From assembly GCF_006345805.1 (NCBI RefSeq), contig NC_043006.1:16554001-16618000 (forward strand): a stretch of 64,000 nucleotides of DNA, in the 5' to 3' direction. This document shows, one piece after another, positions 51,460 through 64,000 of the stretch. Position numbers and translations under genes: made by a program. The notes beneath the pieces are model-generated. The model saw nothing but the letters and a program-made list of their open reading frames with translations, did not search any database and was not told the DNA's origin. The stretch is from Octopus sinensis. Its lineage: Eukaryota. How positions within the stretch are numbered: the stretch's first letter is position 1; the number at the start of each line of letters is the position of its first letter.

Positions 51460-51693
51460 TTTGAGATAGGATCCAAAATACTTGGTGACATAGGAACTGT
51501 CACATTGTGACAGCACCATGATCTCTTGTTGGATATCTTCAATTTCATCTTCAGCTTCTTCAAGATCTATGATCTTAATAGCAACAATTTGTTTGCTTTC
51601 ATTGTCAATTCCTTTGAAGACCTCTCCAAAAGAACCTTTTCCAATTTTCTGTAATTTGGAGAATTTGGTTTCTGGATCAACTTGATTTTTCCT
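51460..51693 (-). CDS. STK24/STK26-like: GCKIII/STK24-26 kinase, first visible coding exon (234 nt; subdomains I-IV)
   Basis: ttttgcag|AGG...AAA|gtaagt; encodes [28 protein letters not shown]...[22 protein letters not shown]...GSYLK, close to MST3/MST4 as I recall them; phase 0/0. Confidence 0.97.
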
Positions 51694-53950
51694 CTGCAAA
51701 ATAATTTAAAAAAAAATTAAATTAATCATTATGTTAAAAACAAAAAAAAAACATGATAAGGAACAAACTACTGAAAGAAATATATTCATTAAAGACCCTT
51801 CCTTACATCAAGAGAGAAATATTCAAATCATCATTCTCTAAGATGAAGTATTTGTCGATAGGAAATGCTGATTAGAATCTATTTGAAACATCAAGATTTA
51901 AAATAATAACAGGTACATCTGGACTGATATTATACAAAACAATGACAAGGATGGAAATGTTATTTCTTTAGACACTAATTCTTATTAGTGTTTACAATGA
52001 CAAGAGTAAATCATTAGCTGAAGGGTAGAAAACAAAGCAGCCTTTGTAATAGTCACACAATGACCAAACAGTATTCATAATGGATTCATATTCCTGATGG
52101 ACTAATCATTTTGGCCAACTGACTGACTAAATTTAGAATAACTTTCTGACCTATCTACCCACCAATATATATTGGCAAGCTACCTATAAGCTGTCAGTAT
52201 TATTTTGTTGTAAAACAAATGTCTATTAGTTTTATTGCGCTGTTACTGTTATACTTCACTTTGTCAAATCTTCCTGGTTGAAGATGAAGTTTCTGATGTA
52301 ACAACAATAAGCTTGCATCCTGAATTGTTTTTTAATTTAAGTTGAAACATGTAATCTTTCATGTCATAAATTTAAAACTAGACTTTACAACAATTCCTCA
52401 AAAAAAGCCACCCCTCACAACATCAAAATTTCAAGAAATTACAAGACAGAAAGGTATTATGCTTACAATAGAGGAACGTATATAATGAGATAAAACCAAT
52501 CGACAATTTCTAAAAAAAATCTGCTATCTATTCTGACATATCAGTTAACCAAGGCAATGCAAAACAAGGTGTTCTGCGCCGAAGTAAATCTGAACTCAAT
52601 AACATTATTAAAAATCTACCCAGCCATTCTACTACTTAAACAACATCTGAAAAACCAAAAAAAAAAAAAAAAAAAAAACCTCTTTTACTATCTCCAGGTT
52701 ATATGTTGCCAAGTGCCTTCTTTAATGCAACAATACCATCTATTATGGTATTGTTTTCTCCACATTCCTATAGCTTTCAGTCTGCAAAAATAATTTTCTC
52801 ATTCTGGAAACAGACTGACAGATTCCAGAACAACAAGCTAACTACCAGAGATAACATCACTTGTTTACATTTTATATACTATGCATCTTTATTTTCTATA
52901 TCTTTACTTGATATTCTCCAGCTTCATACACATCATTTCTCTATGGCTGTCCGTTTTTAATTTGATTAAAATAATTATCACCACAAACTTCTGCATAAAG
53001 CTCTGCATTGAAACCCTATCCAGCTACCATTGAAAGATTTTGTCACAAATTTTTTCACCCACTTCTAACTTGCATATTCTACCACCAGGCTCTTGCATAT
53101 TCTACCACCAGACTCTAACATCTGTAATACACACATATTATATATATATGGTCATAGCAGCATATCAGCTCTCAAATATATACATTAACTGATGCATCAG
53201 TTATAATCACATTCCCAATTCACTTGTGCTAAATTTAACTCTAAGTTACAATTAAATGCAAGTTCATCAGGTATGAAGATATAAAAGGGTTTCCATGAGG
53301 TAAATTAAATCTATAATTACCTATCTTACAAAAAAATAAAGACTTGATTAAAAAAAAGGCTTCAAAGGGAAAGATAAAATGTTTTTTTTATGGATCTGAG
53401 AAACGTTGAAAATGCTATGACAAGCTCAAAAGACAATGTAAACTGATACATTATGTTAAATAATACATAATCATACATGATATTGCAAGTTATAATATTC
53501 TTCATGTGGATATCTTTCAACTCTGGATATCAAACTAAATGAGAAAAATATTGATGTTGAAACAACCACAGCTACCTATTTGTAGCTTAACGATTATAAA
53601 TGCCTAACATTGTAATTTATAATTTTGACTAATATGCCTTGGAATATCACATTCTGAGCATATATAGTATCAGCTACATTTAAAATTGTAGACCACTTCT
53701 GTAACCTTCCTAGTCTAAAAAACATCCTTTTTGATAATAATCCAGTATTGTTCTAATAACAAAGGGTGTGCCTATCTATTAAAAAAAAGTCCAAGTAGAA
53801 AATATTATCAACCATCACAGATTTTTGCTTTTCTATAGCAACTAAAACAACTTTGCTAGTGAACATGATTGTACAAATATTACTGAAGCACCACCCAAGC
53901 AATAAATACACTAAGCAATCAACCTATTGCTTAAATGCAAATAACATATA

Positions 53951-54353
53951 GGAGTGGCTGTGTGGTAAGTAGCTTGCTAACCAACCACATGGTTCCGGGT
54001 TCAGTCCCACTGCGTGGCATCTTGGGCAAGTGTCTTCTGCTATAGCCCCGGGCTGACCAATGCCTTGTGAGTGGATTTGGTAGACGGAAACTGAAAGAAG
54101 CCCATCGTATATATGTATATATATATGCGTGTGTGTGTTTGTGTGTCTGTCTCTGTCCCCCTAGCATTGCTTGACAACCGATGCTGGTGTGTTTACGTCC
54201 CCATCACTTAGCGGTTCGGCAAAAGAGACCGATAGAATAAGTACTGGGCTTACAAAAGAATAAGTCCCGGGGTCGAGTAACTCGATTAAAAAAAGGCGGT
54301 GCTCCAGCATGGCCGCAGTCAAATGACTGAAACAAGTAAAAGAGTAAAGAGTA
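53951..54353 (+). mobile_element. Family A tRNA-derived SINE, full length
   Basis: Head TGGCTGTGTGGTAAG / GGTTCAGTCCC, internal (TA)n(TG)n, tail GGCGGTGCTCCAGCATGGCCGCAGTCAAATGACTGAAACAAGTAAAAGAG. Confidence 0.93.
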
Positions 54354-54969
54354 CATGAAACAATAGTTTATCCTTCTTCTCCAGTTGTATATTCTATTAC
54401 TAAAACTGATGATTAAAATTACATATTAATTATAAGTTGCTGCCTCCTAAACTGATTTACATTTATATTAAAATAATTGAATGCTTATACTTGGTCACTA
54501 CTGTTAAAAATATTATGGAAACACTATTATTTTAAACAAAAGATTGTATATATAAAACAAATAAAATCACAAACTTTTACAAGTGGTTGCTTTATTTAAT
54601 TTTCTCGTTTAAAACTACAAAACAGGCCTGATGGTGATGCTGATGGTGGTGGTAGTGGTGATGATGCTGATGAACAATAACAAACATAAAAAGTAGCACA
54701 TGCTGCAGATTGATAATGGCAGTAAGTTACATCCTGCTTTTCAAATACCACTAACTCAGTCTTTCCTGCCAAGATTTATCGTATTTCCTAAAACAACAAC
54801 TGATTTTGTGCTAATAGACGCCACTTCAAAAGGGATTGGATACAGAAAGTTTGGTTTAGGTAACAATTCAGTTGGTAAGAAAACAGAATCCTCTCCACCA
54901 CAAAAGAAAAAAAGTGAAAAAGTAAGGAAAGAAGAAGTGAAATCCAACATATTTTGCTCAATATCTTTA

Positions 54970-55158
54970 TCTTTTACTTGTTTTAGTCATTGAACTGCAG
55001 CCAATGGGCTTCTTTCAGTTTCCATCAACCAAATTCACTCGCAAGGCTTCGGTCAGCCTGAGGCTATAGCAGAAGACAATTGCCTAAGATGCCATGCAGT
55101 GGGACTGAACCCAGTACCAAGTGGTTGGGAAGCAAGCTTCTTACCACACAACCACACC
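54970..55158 (-). mobile_element. Family A SINE with internal deletion
   Basis: Tail joined directly to head at ..gcagcca|atgggcttctttcag. Confidence 0.75.
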
Positions 55159-55484
55159 AGTGCGTATATGATAACAATGATAAAAAAAATGTTAAACTCT
55201 TTCAGAAGTTTTCACAAGTAAAGATCTGTATGTTGTAAGAAATGATGACTAAAATTAAACATAAAAAATAAAAGAAAATATAGGTAGAACAAAGACATAT
55301 AGAACCATGTTAAGAACATAATCCTGAGGCAAAACTCAGAGCCAGTCCACAGTAGGATTTATATTTTAGTAACCAACTGGAAGAAAACAATGTTGACCCC
55401 TAAAAAGTTGTTTCTGAATTTAAGCATTGAGATTGTGAAACCAAAAGCAAAACAAAATTCAATTTGTTTATATCTTTTCATATT

Positions 55485-55681
55485 TAGTTGTGTGTCACTG
55501 TCATACAAGCAGTGTAATTTATTTCCACTATTCTATGAAAAACGTGTCTGGAGAAACATAACCTTGCTCGGAAACATGAGGGTTGGCAACGGGAAGGGCA
55601 TCCAGCTGTAGAAAATCTGCCTCAATAAACTACACCCAGCCCATGTAAATATGGAAAAGTTGATATTACAATGATGATGAC
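55485..55681 (+). mobile_element. SINE tail segment ((GAT)n type)
   Basis: gagggttggcaacgggaagggcatccagctgtagaaaatctgcctc..atggaaaag..gatgatga. Confidence 0.75.
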
Positions 55682-56834
55682 GACTCATGCCACTATCAAA
55701 TGATAATTGTGGAAATTCAGACATTCATATGAGCAAAATATTTTAGATAGCTGAAGGTCTTTCTTGACATTCAAATGTAAAATCTAAGTAATTTTCAGTA
55801 CTTTGCCGTAGAGCAAAATACAAGAGATAACAGAATTACTTAGCTATCAGAAGGAAAAACAACATATATTTGTATCCGTGATGTTAGACAGTAGGGAAAT
55901 CTGAAGAGTAAAGAGATAAAGTTTATTTTTTTTAAATAGATAACAAATTTTGATTTCATTTTGACAAAGCGGAGTTTAAGAATATTCATCATCATTCAAG
56001 ATACATATCCTATGTAGGAACAGGTTGGATGGTTCAACAGGATCCGACTAGCATGAGGGCCATGTTGGTCTCCAATGTCTGCTTTGGCAAGGTTTCTATG
56101 GCTGGATGCTTGCTCTTCCTAACATTAACCACTTTACAGAGTGTACTGGGTACATTTTTTTCATGGCACCCTACATTAGTAAGGCCACTAACTCATAAGA
56201 CAAGACTCTTAGACGGAGTGGAGGTGCTTCAAATGCATCAGTTAATATCTTCACCTAACCTCAACAACACATGATGCTTAGTGAACATTTTCATAAAACA
56301 AAAGCTCCTGGATAGTATACTAGACTACTGAAGGTAGTTTCTTCAGCTATTCTCAATGTAAGCAAACCAAAACAAAAAGTACCCTGCTTACAGATATAGC
56401 AAAACACCTGCAGTAGGATATGAACTCAGCTCCTGAACCAATAACCTTGTCAAAGTTTCCATTTCACCATAAATACAAGCAGACAGACACACACATTTTG
56501 GTTGTTTCATATTACTAATGAACATACCATCTAACATATATATGTGTAGCATATGTTTATAATTTAAATTTTTAAAAAAAGCAGACATGGACCTTCAGTC
56601 TTCACTGAAATACATCTCTGTCAGTAATACACATCAGGGAAATGCAAGAAAATTTCAGTTAAATGCAAGTAGCTATCTACTTATATTTGCTGAGCATTGA
56701 GAATAAGATTTGATTTTATTACTAAATTAATAGCAAGGTATTTCTCTGTAATTGGAGTATGATTAATTCCCTGTTATCAACAAAGCTAAAAATACTGTAT
56801 ATCTAGGAATACTATTTAGCATATGGTATGGTAG

Positions 56835-57285
56835 ATGGCAGAATTAGAAGAGCATTGGATAAAACATCTTGGTTACAAACATTTACATTGTGAGTTCAAA
56901 ACCTGCGCAGGTCTACTTTGCCTTTCATCCATCCAAGTTAGATAAATATGTCATCGACAGTACCCTTGAAGGTGCTGTCCCAATATAGATACAGTGTGGA
57001 TGTGGTAGACGGGAAGATGAAAGACGCTTGTCATATGTATGTGTGTTTGTATCTCCTTGTCTTGACATTGTGTGATAGTTGTAAACGAGTGTCACTGTCA
57101 TGCAGTGGCATTAGTTTCCAATCTTCTGCAAAAACATGTCTGGTCATGGGGAAATATTACTTTGCATGGAAACAGGTGTGTGTTGGCAACAGAAAGAGCA
57201 TCCAGGACTAGAAAATCTTCCTCAGTCAACTGCCTAACCCATGCAAGCAAGGGAAAAGTGGATGTTAAAATGACAACAATGACAA
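56835..57285 (+). mobile_element. Diverged family D head followed by a (GAT)n-type SINE segment
   Basis: gagttcaaa..ctttgcctttcatcc; later gttggcaacagaaagagcatccag..ccatgcaagcaagggaaaagtgg. Confidence 0.6.
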
Positions 57286-59688
57286 TATTGTCTATTAGGG
57301 TGTCTGCTCAAAATAATTCAGTTCTAATCATTCATTAATAATCCTCTCTTAAAATTAAAGTCTGACTCATATTGCAGTACCACTCACATATCTGAAAGAG
57401 TACTGCAACCCTATATACACTTCATATACTACATTAAAAAATAAGCTGTCCTGCTGATTAGCACATACCAGAACACTATACAGCCACTAGTTCACACTGC
57501 ATAAATATCTATATATAATCAGCATAGTGACAGGCCAACAGAAAAAAATTTGAAGTTACCTTGACGTTAAGTTAATTCTTTTGTAAGCCATAAAAATATT
57601 ATGAGTGGCATTTAACTCCAGATGAAACATTCTGTGAGGTGGAAATGTCATAAATCTTCCAACTAAAAGAACAGTTTATATAATAAGTTTCTTTAAACAT
57701 TTGGCATCTATTGTCTCTCTGGGCTAGAAACATTAAGAAAGATCTATGAAAAATTGAAGTGTTATTCACACACACAACACGCATACATATACACACAGAA
57801 GGGGGTTAAGTGAATGGCTAAGTTCAGTGTATGATATACAACCCAAATAGACACTAGCACTGCACTATGTGTCAAAGGTACTTAATGGCTCATTCCACCT
57901 ACTTTTGCACAGGTACTGCAAGATGGAAACAAATTACTGTCGGTAAAGAAATGACAGTATTGTAAAAGTGACTAATATTTCATTAGTTTGCAACAGTGTT
58001 TGAAAGCTTTGAATGTGGGTCAGGAGAAGGTAATGTGAGAGAAAGCGATATCGAGATTGTCACGTTTGAAATTTTCTTTTTTTAAAGGTAGATTAACATT
58101 GCTCGTGTTTATTCACTTGTTCTCTATACAGGATAGTCCACAAGGAACTAGGTTCCTGTTGTTTTACCTCATAAAAATATTACAATAATATAAACTACAA
58201 ATGTTGTGAGCTATATATAAATAAACAGAAGAGTTGGCAGAGTTACCATCAAAAGCTAACACCTGTCACTTGAAGGCTGATGGTAAAATAGGTTAGTTTA
58301 TTAAAACAGAATTGTGCCCTTTAGAAAAGAAAAGAAAACAGAGCTTGATTATTTAAATTGTAACAGTAACTGATAGGCCAATTTAGAGAGAAAGTGTGCT
58401 TTGAACAAAAATAACACCAGACGAAATTCACCAGCGAGAAACTACCTAGCAAAAGGCAAGAACAGTTTAAAAGATGCTTCCAGAAACTACTATACATTAT
58501 TTTGAATTCTTAACATTAATAGATACCTGTAAGCTTCACACTGTTTAGGTTATTAGTAGGTATTTCTGCAACACCTGATATCAGTAAAAAATTTTTTTTT
58601 TAAACTTATGGTTTTTCTAAAGACGGCGAATAAAAATATTCTTAAAACATATTTCAAGAATTAAAATGAGTCTTAGGTTTCTCATACATTCTTAAAAGTG
58701 TTAAGCATTAAAATATCCTATATATATATATATATATATACTTTCTTGTTTACCCATTCCTGCTCACCACTAACTTGCAATAATTGGAACAGAACACTAA
58801 CAACTACCCTCAATTAGTATCATTAGTCTTACTACATCTAGTAAAACTTTTACAACCAAGAAATAAAAATAATTATAAATTTGATCTTAATAACTATTTT
58901 CAGCTTACAATTACACAAAAGATATTTTTTATTCTTGAGTAAACATAACTTCAAGATCTTGACATTTCCTAACTTAAAGATCTAAATATTTTTCAAAGTT
59001 AAAAGTATAATAGAAAAGTACCTAGAGGAATAGATTAACAGATCACTAGAAAACATTGATTAGTGTAGTAAACTTGGCACAAAGTAAAATTATAACAGGA
59101 AAATTTCATGAAAGTTACCTTAAGAATTTTAGATGAGACATTGCTTTCATTAACAAGACAGTATATGAATCATAATTCTTATTCACCTTATTGAGTTTGA
59201 ATAGTTACTTAGATGACTGTGTGGTATATAATCAAATAATTAGTAACCTAAATTGACTTGTGTTTATTCAAGCATATTTTACTAGCATCTTGGACAGAGT
59301 AATTGAACAAAAGGAAATACCAACAACAAAATACTAAAGAAGCTCAGAATTACAATACCTATTTATTGATTTTATAAACAATTAAGTTCATAGTCATATA
59401 ATTCTAATTATATAATATAGTATGAGAGAGGTTTTTTTTTCAATTAACTTTAACAAATACGCCATTAAACTGATAAGGACGATGATGATTGGAGAAAACT
59501 AATTCAGGTTTCAGAATTCTAGTTTCAAGATTTCTCAACACTGATTGGTCAAAAGTGAAGTACAAAAATAACAAACTGAAACATTAAAAATAAAATATTT
59601 TTAACAATGAAACTCGAAAGAGAGAAACTATAAATAATAGCATATAAAATATTGGGTTAAAAATACAATGGATGGGGTAAAAAGAAAA

Positions 59689-59742
59689 GTCAAAGGCTAC
59701 CCATAGAAAATGTGGGCTCATGTCCCATAGGCAGCCTTTGAC
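59689..59742 (-). ncRNA. Pre-miRNA-like hairpin (candidate only)
   Basis: 24-bp arms, 6-nt loop; on the minus strand 19 Watson-Crick pairs, 4 G.U pairs and 1 mismatch. Confidence 0.3.
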
Positions 59743-61664
59743 ATTTTTCCAGCCAAATAATTTATATCATATCTCAGAAAGTTCTGATTTGGTTTTGGCT
59801 AAAATATTTTGAAAGTCATGACAGTAACAATTATAAAAAAAATTAGCTCGTAAAAACGCCCATTAAAAACACCAATGAATACTTAGTGTAAAGAGAAAAA
59901 TCAAATTTAATTCTAGCAGATTTCCATTAAAAGAAAATATTAACCTACATGTGCAGAATTGAGCTTGTTATGTGAATAAACACCAGCAAAGACTGCTGTA
60001 ATTATAAAAACATATACTAAATTTTCTGGTATCTAAAGAATAATCTGAAATTAACGTATCACAGCCTGAAGAGTGTCTGGTGATACAGTATTAAAATTAG
60101 GGGTTTTTTAAAAATTTAATTAAATACTAGAATGATAGAATAACAATGTTCAAAACCTAGCTGAATTTTTTCTAATGAATAGCTGGATATAAAATATCTC
60201 CATTGATTCATCCAATGTCATAAGTACTACAATAACATAAGATCATGTTAGAAACAAATTGAGATTCAAAGTCAATGACTAAAGTCTAAACACAAACTGT
60301 TAGACTTTTTAAAATGATCTTACACTAAGTGTTAATAGTCAAATATATGAGATATGGAGAAGTAGAAGGTATAGAGGTATGCATTGATGTGACCATGCAC
60401 TAACACATACACAGAAATATCAACAACAACTTTGTAAATGTAGTTGTTTAGCCCTTGGTCAGCCTCTAGGACAATCTTCATCAAAAGCACTCCAATCACA
60501 TACTACATGTGTGACATGTTCCTAAAAAGAGGAGAATGTGTTGTGATTGAAGTGTCTAATATATAATGATACATTTTGCCTGTGCGCAAAGAATATAACC
60601 TTTGCCCTTTTTAAAAATTTATTCAAATACAAGACACTTTTCAGTAAATTTCTTTTAAAAACAATGAACAAAAAAAATCTATTACTGACAATTAACTTTT
60701 CCAAGCTCGAAACGATCGCCAATTTAATGAGCACTTCTCCATGTTAGCATCAGCTGGACAAGTTTGCAATGTATGAAACAAAATCATCTAAATGTTTCTT
60801 TGCTAAAGGCAATAGAAAATAATAACATGTAAATAACCTTAATCTGCTGGCAAAATCTAGGCCTGGTGAATTAGCCATATTAGGTGTTAGCAATAAGAAG
60901 CATCCAACCTTATGTAATATGATAAACTAAGCTACTTCCACTGCTGGTTTTATTGTAGTTAATTTGATCATCAATGTACCACACCAACTTGTGGATTTGC
61001 TAGAAAAACACACAGAAGCATCGATTGGTGATCTTGGATTTGTATAATCCATAAGTAGGATTGCTAAGGTTATTACGCTTTGTAATATGCAAAAATTACA
61101 AATTCTGATGGAACATTAAAGCTAATACTTTAAAGGTGATAAAAGGTAAATATAAAATAAGGAAAAATTTAAAATATTCAACTCAATGGTTGTAATAATA
61201 ATAATAATAAATTCAAAATTATAACTATGAACAAAGACTATAATATCAATTGTTGTAGCATATCCTGATAAACAAATACATCAACTATGGAAAGTATATT
61301 AGTCACTTAGTATATGTTTTCAGCTATCCCACCTTTCTTCGAGGTTAGTAGTATGTAAAAAATTTTTTTTAATTTTAAAAAGACTATTTGAAATTACAAA
61401 ACAAATAAGTAGTCAAAAAGCTATTGTAAGTGAGAGCATTTCAGCCTCACATCTATAACATTCAAAAAGATTGGGACTTGCTTCTCCTTGTATTACTCTT
61501 ACTGTCTCACTTTATAACCTCTTGCATTAAACAGTTTTGCTTAATCCTTTCTCATGCAAAATGCAAATCTTCTGAACTACTCTCTATTACAGTTCTCCCC
61601 AGAGTCTGAGAGGACATTCAAAAGACATGGATAACTATCACACTTAACAACGACACCAATTGTT

Positions 61665-61865
61665 CCTAGCATAGGCACAAGGCCCAAGATTTAAAGAGAG
61701 AAATTAGTTGGTTATATCAACCTCAGTACCTGACACTTTATTTAACATATCAACCTTCAAAGGATGAAAGGCAATGATGGTGTGATTTGAACTCTGAATG
61801 TTAAGAGCTGCAACAAATACTATAAGACAATTTTTTCAATGCTCTAATGCTTCTGCCAACTCACT
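61665..61865 (-). mobile_element. Family D SINE (old)
   Basis: aaaggatgaaaggcaa..tttgaactctgaa..ttctgccaactcac. Confidence 0.7.
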
Positions 61866-64000
61866 ATTCTAACAACAACAAAAGTAGTAGTAGTAATAGC
61901 AGTAGTAGTTATAAAGCATTGCATGAAATGCTATCAACAAACCAACATAGTCCAGCCATCATTCACATACAATACAAGCACACACAGAAATTCATCAGTT
62001 ATTACAAAACATTTTTCATTGAAGCTCACATCTTTTGAAGCCAGAATCGTATTTCAATGAGTATCCCAAACAAAATATTCCCATGGAGGTCTAGTTCAAT
62101 TCTTCTCTGAGATTATGTAATCATTAAAGGAAGCATCATTAAGTATTAATAGCATAACATAACTGAACCACCTGCCTTTTTGTAGTAAAATCCAATACAC
62201 TTCTTTTATCATTGGCCACAGCAAGTAAGCCACAAATGAATGCATAATATAAATTCTTTCATGAAAATTTTTTTTCTGAGCTGAAAAATCACTATTAATT
62301 AATTACAGATTACATAATATAAACAGAAATACTAACAGATAGTTTTGAATATCTAATAATATAAAACCAAAGACTTATCTTTGACTATATATAAACCAGG
62401 TAGAGTAAAGCAGTAGGAAGAGATCTTAACCAGAAGACTAGAGAATGAAAGAGCAAGATGACCGATAAAACTGTCATACATTTTTGTGTAACTCAATAGA
62501 AAGTCTTATAGAACCCAATGTAGAAGGTACTGGTTGGGAAAATTGTACACTAAGTTGATGGTGTGGTGGAATGAATAAGGAAAGATTAGTTGGTAGTAGA
62601 TAGCATAAATATAGAATGATAGAGTTAGTGAGCTATCCTTATTTAGACAAATATTCTATAAAAATTTACTGTCAGCCAAAGGTAGAATAGTACCAAGTAC
62701 TAAAAATAGACAAAAAAATTGGCAATATACAATGCATAATGCAAAAACGAAAATCAATTTTAATTGGAAACCAACTCTATTGTAATAACAATTGAATATA
62801 TTCTTTGAATAAATTAATCATAAAGTGAAGAGCAGTTCATGTTAAAATGGGTATTAATTCAATTAATTCTAACTTCAGCAATTTATTTTCTACAGGGAAT
62901 AAAGACAATTTTAAAGAACCAAAAATCAGCATTTTAACTGATATTCCAATAGAGAGAATGGTTATTTCCTTTCATCAAACTTATAACCAAATTATACAAA
63001 TGGGACAGACTAAATATAATACAGAAAATAAAACAAAATAAAGCATAAAAAAGGTTTCCAAATTAAAACAATATATATTTGTGAAGAAAGAAATTTATGC
63101 ATACACACAAAAAAAAAACTATAAATCCACATAAAACAAATTAGAAAATGAATTATAAGTAAATTTTTATGCAAAAGAGATTTATCTAAGTCTGTTTTGT
63201 TTTTTTGAAATTTTATAGCAAGTAAATAAATAGATAACAAATTATGGATAATCTCTATAAATAACTAAAAATATGATTAGTATAAAACAGTAAGTGCCCT
63301 TTGCACAGCTCTTGATAAGAGGAGAATTTATATGTTATGGAAAAGTTATTTACATTACAAGGCTTTTTGAACCAAATTCTTGATTCAAAGATTTTTCTAT
63401 TCAAATGATTTTAAATCTTCTAAGATCACATGCAATATTCAAACACCAATAATAAGAAAATATTTTAATTAAAGTTTAGAAAAACTTTTAACGCCATTAT
63501 TTGAAAACTAAAAGTCAAATACACAAATGTGATAAAATTCTTAAGCATAAGATGACATTGGTTAGTATTAAAATAAGTTATTTTATATATCTAAAATTAT
63601 CTTTTAAACAGATACACATTTTGGCAAACTAATTAAATAAGAAATGAAAACGTGTGGCAGAGAAAGACTTCATGTGTGACTATAATATCAAGCTTATCAA
63701 CACTTGTTTTAGTTGATCCCTTATATTTACATTAATACATCTAGCTAACTGCTATCAACTCATTTCGTTCCATATATTACATTGTTGTATGGCTTCACTG
63801 TCACTTTTAACTCATCAGTGTATATTTAGTACAAGCATAAGCAAAATAGAGATAAGATGAGAGGTGAAAAAAAAATGTACCACCAAAAAAAGTGAGAAAG
63901 TCTGTATGACTGCAGTGTAGTCATGAAGAGAAAGATAAGACCGAGTAGTGAGAATGTATTTATAATAGAGAGATAATTAGAAGAGTGTAACAAGAGAAAA

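Noticed and set aside
53080-53116. Short tandem duplications (23-bp period near 53070-53116; 17-bp period near 29128-29165)
   Set aside because: Ordinary slippage products.
57560-57662. Candidate first coding exon (ttttag..ATG ACA TTT..TCA AG|gtaact)
   Set aside because: The open frame ends in phase 2, but the next exon's CAG acceptor needs phase 0. It fits only via an unlikely GAG acceptor, and there is no similarity to GCKIII N-termini.
52000-64000. Short F/I/L/K-rich ORFs in the track, here and across the window
   Set aside because: Composition of random AT-rich DNA or microsatellites; no recognisable domains or supporting splice structure.

Overview
AT-rich, repeat-dense eukaryotic DNA. 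The SINE families look like those of Octopus; this is an inference from remembered repeat sequences, not a database hit. One large minus-strand gene spans most of the window: a GCKIII Ste20-like kinase (STK24/STK25/STK26; MST3/SOK1/MST4 family). I reconstructed 11 phase-consistent GT-AG coding exons from 51693 down to the stop at 3142 (1515 nt, 504 aa; first exon not found). They include two in-frame linker exons (81 and 114 nt) that the ORF track misses. The introns hold several tRNA-derived SINE families, two RTE LINE 3' fragments, TTAA-flanked piggyBac-type MITEs, Helitron-like elements, a ~330-bp palindrome, a ~1.26-kb tandem duplication and microsatellites. Downstream of the gene is a tRNA-His(GTG) joined to a SINE-type 3' tail. 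I found no prokaryote-type system such as CRISPR. Best leads: the tRNA-His/tail chimera, the extra kinase exons, the FRHT activation loop, and a strand-biased pre-miRNA-like hairpin.
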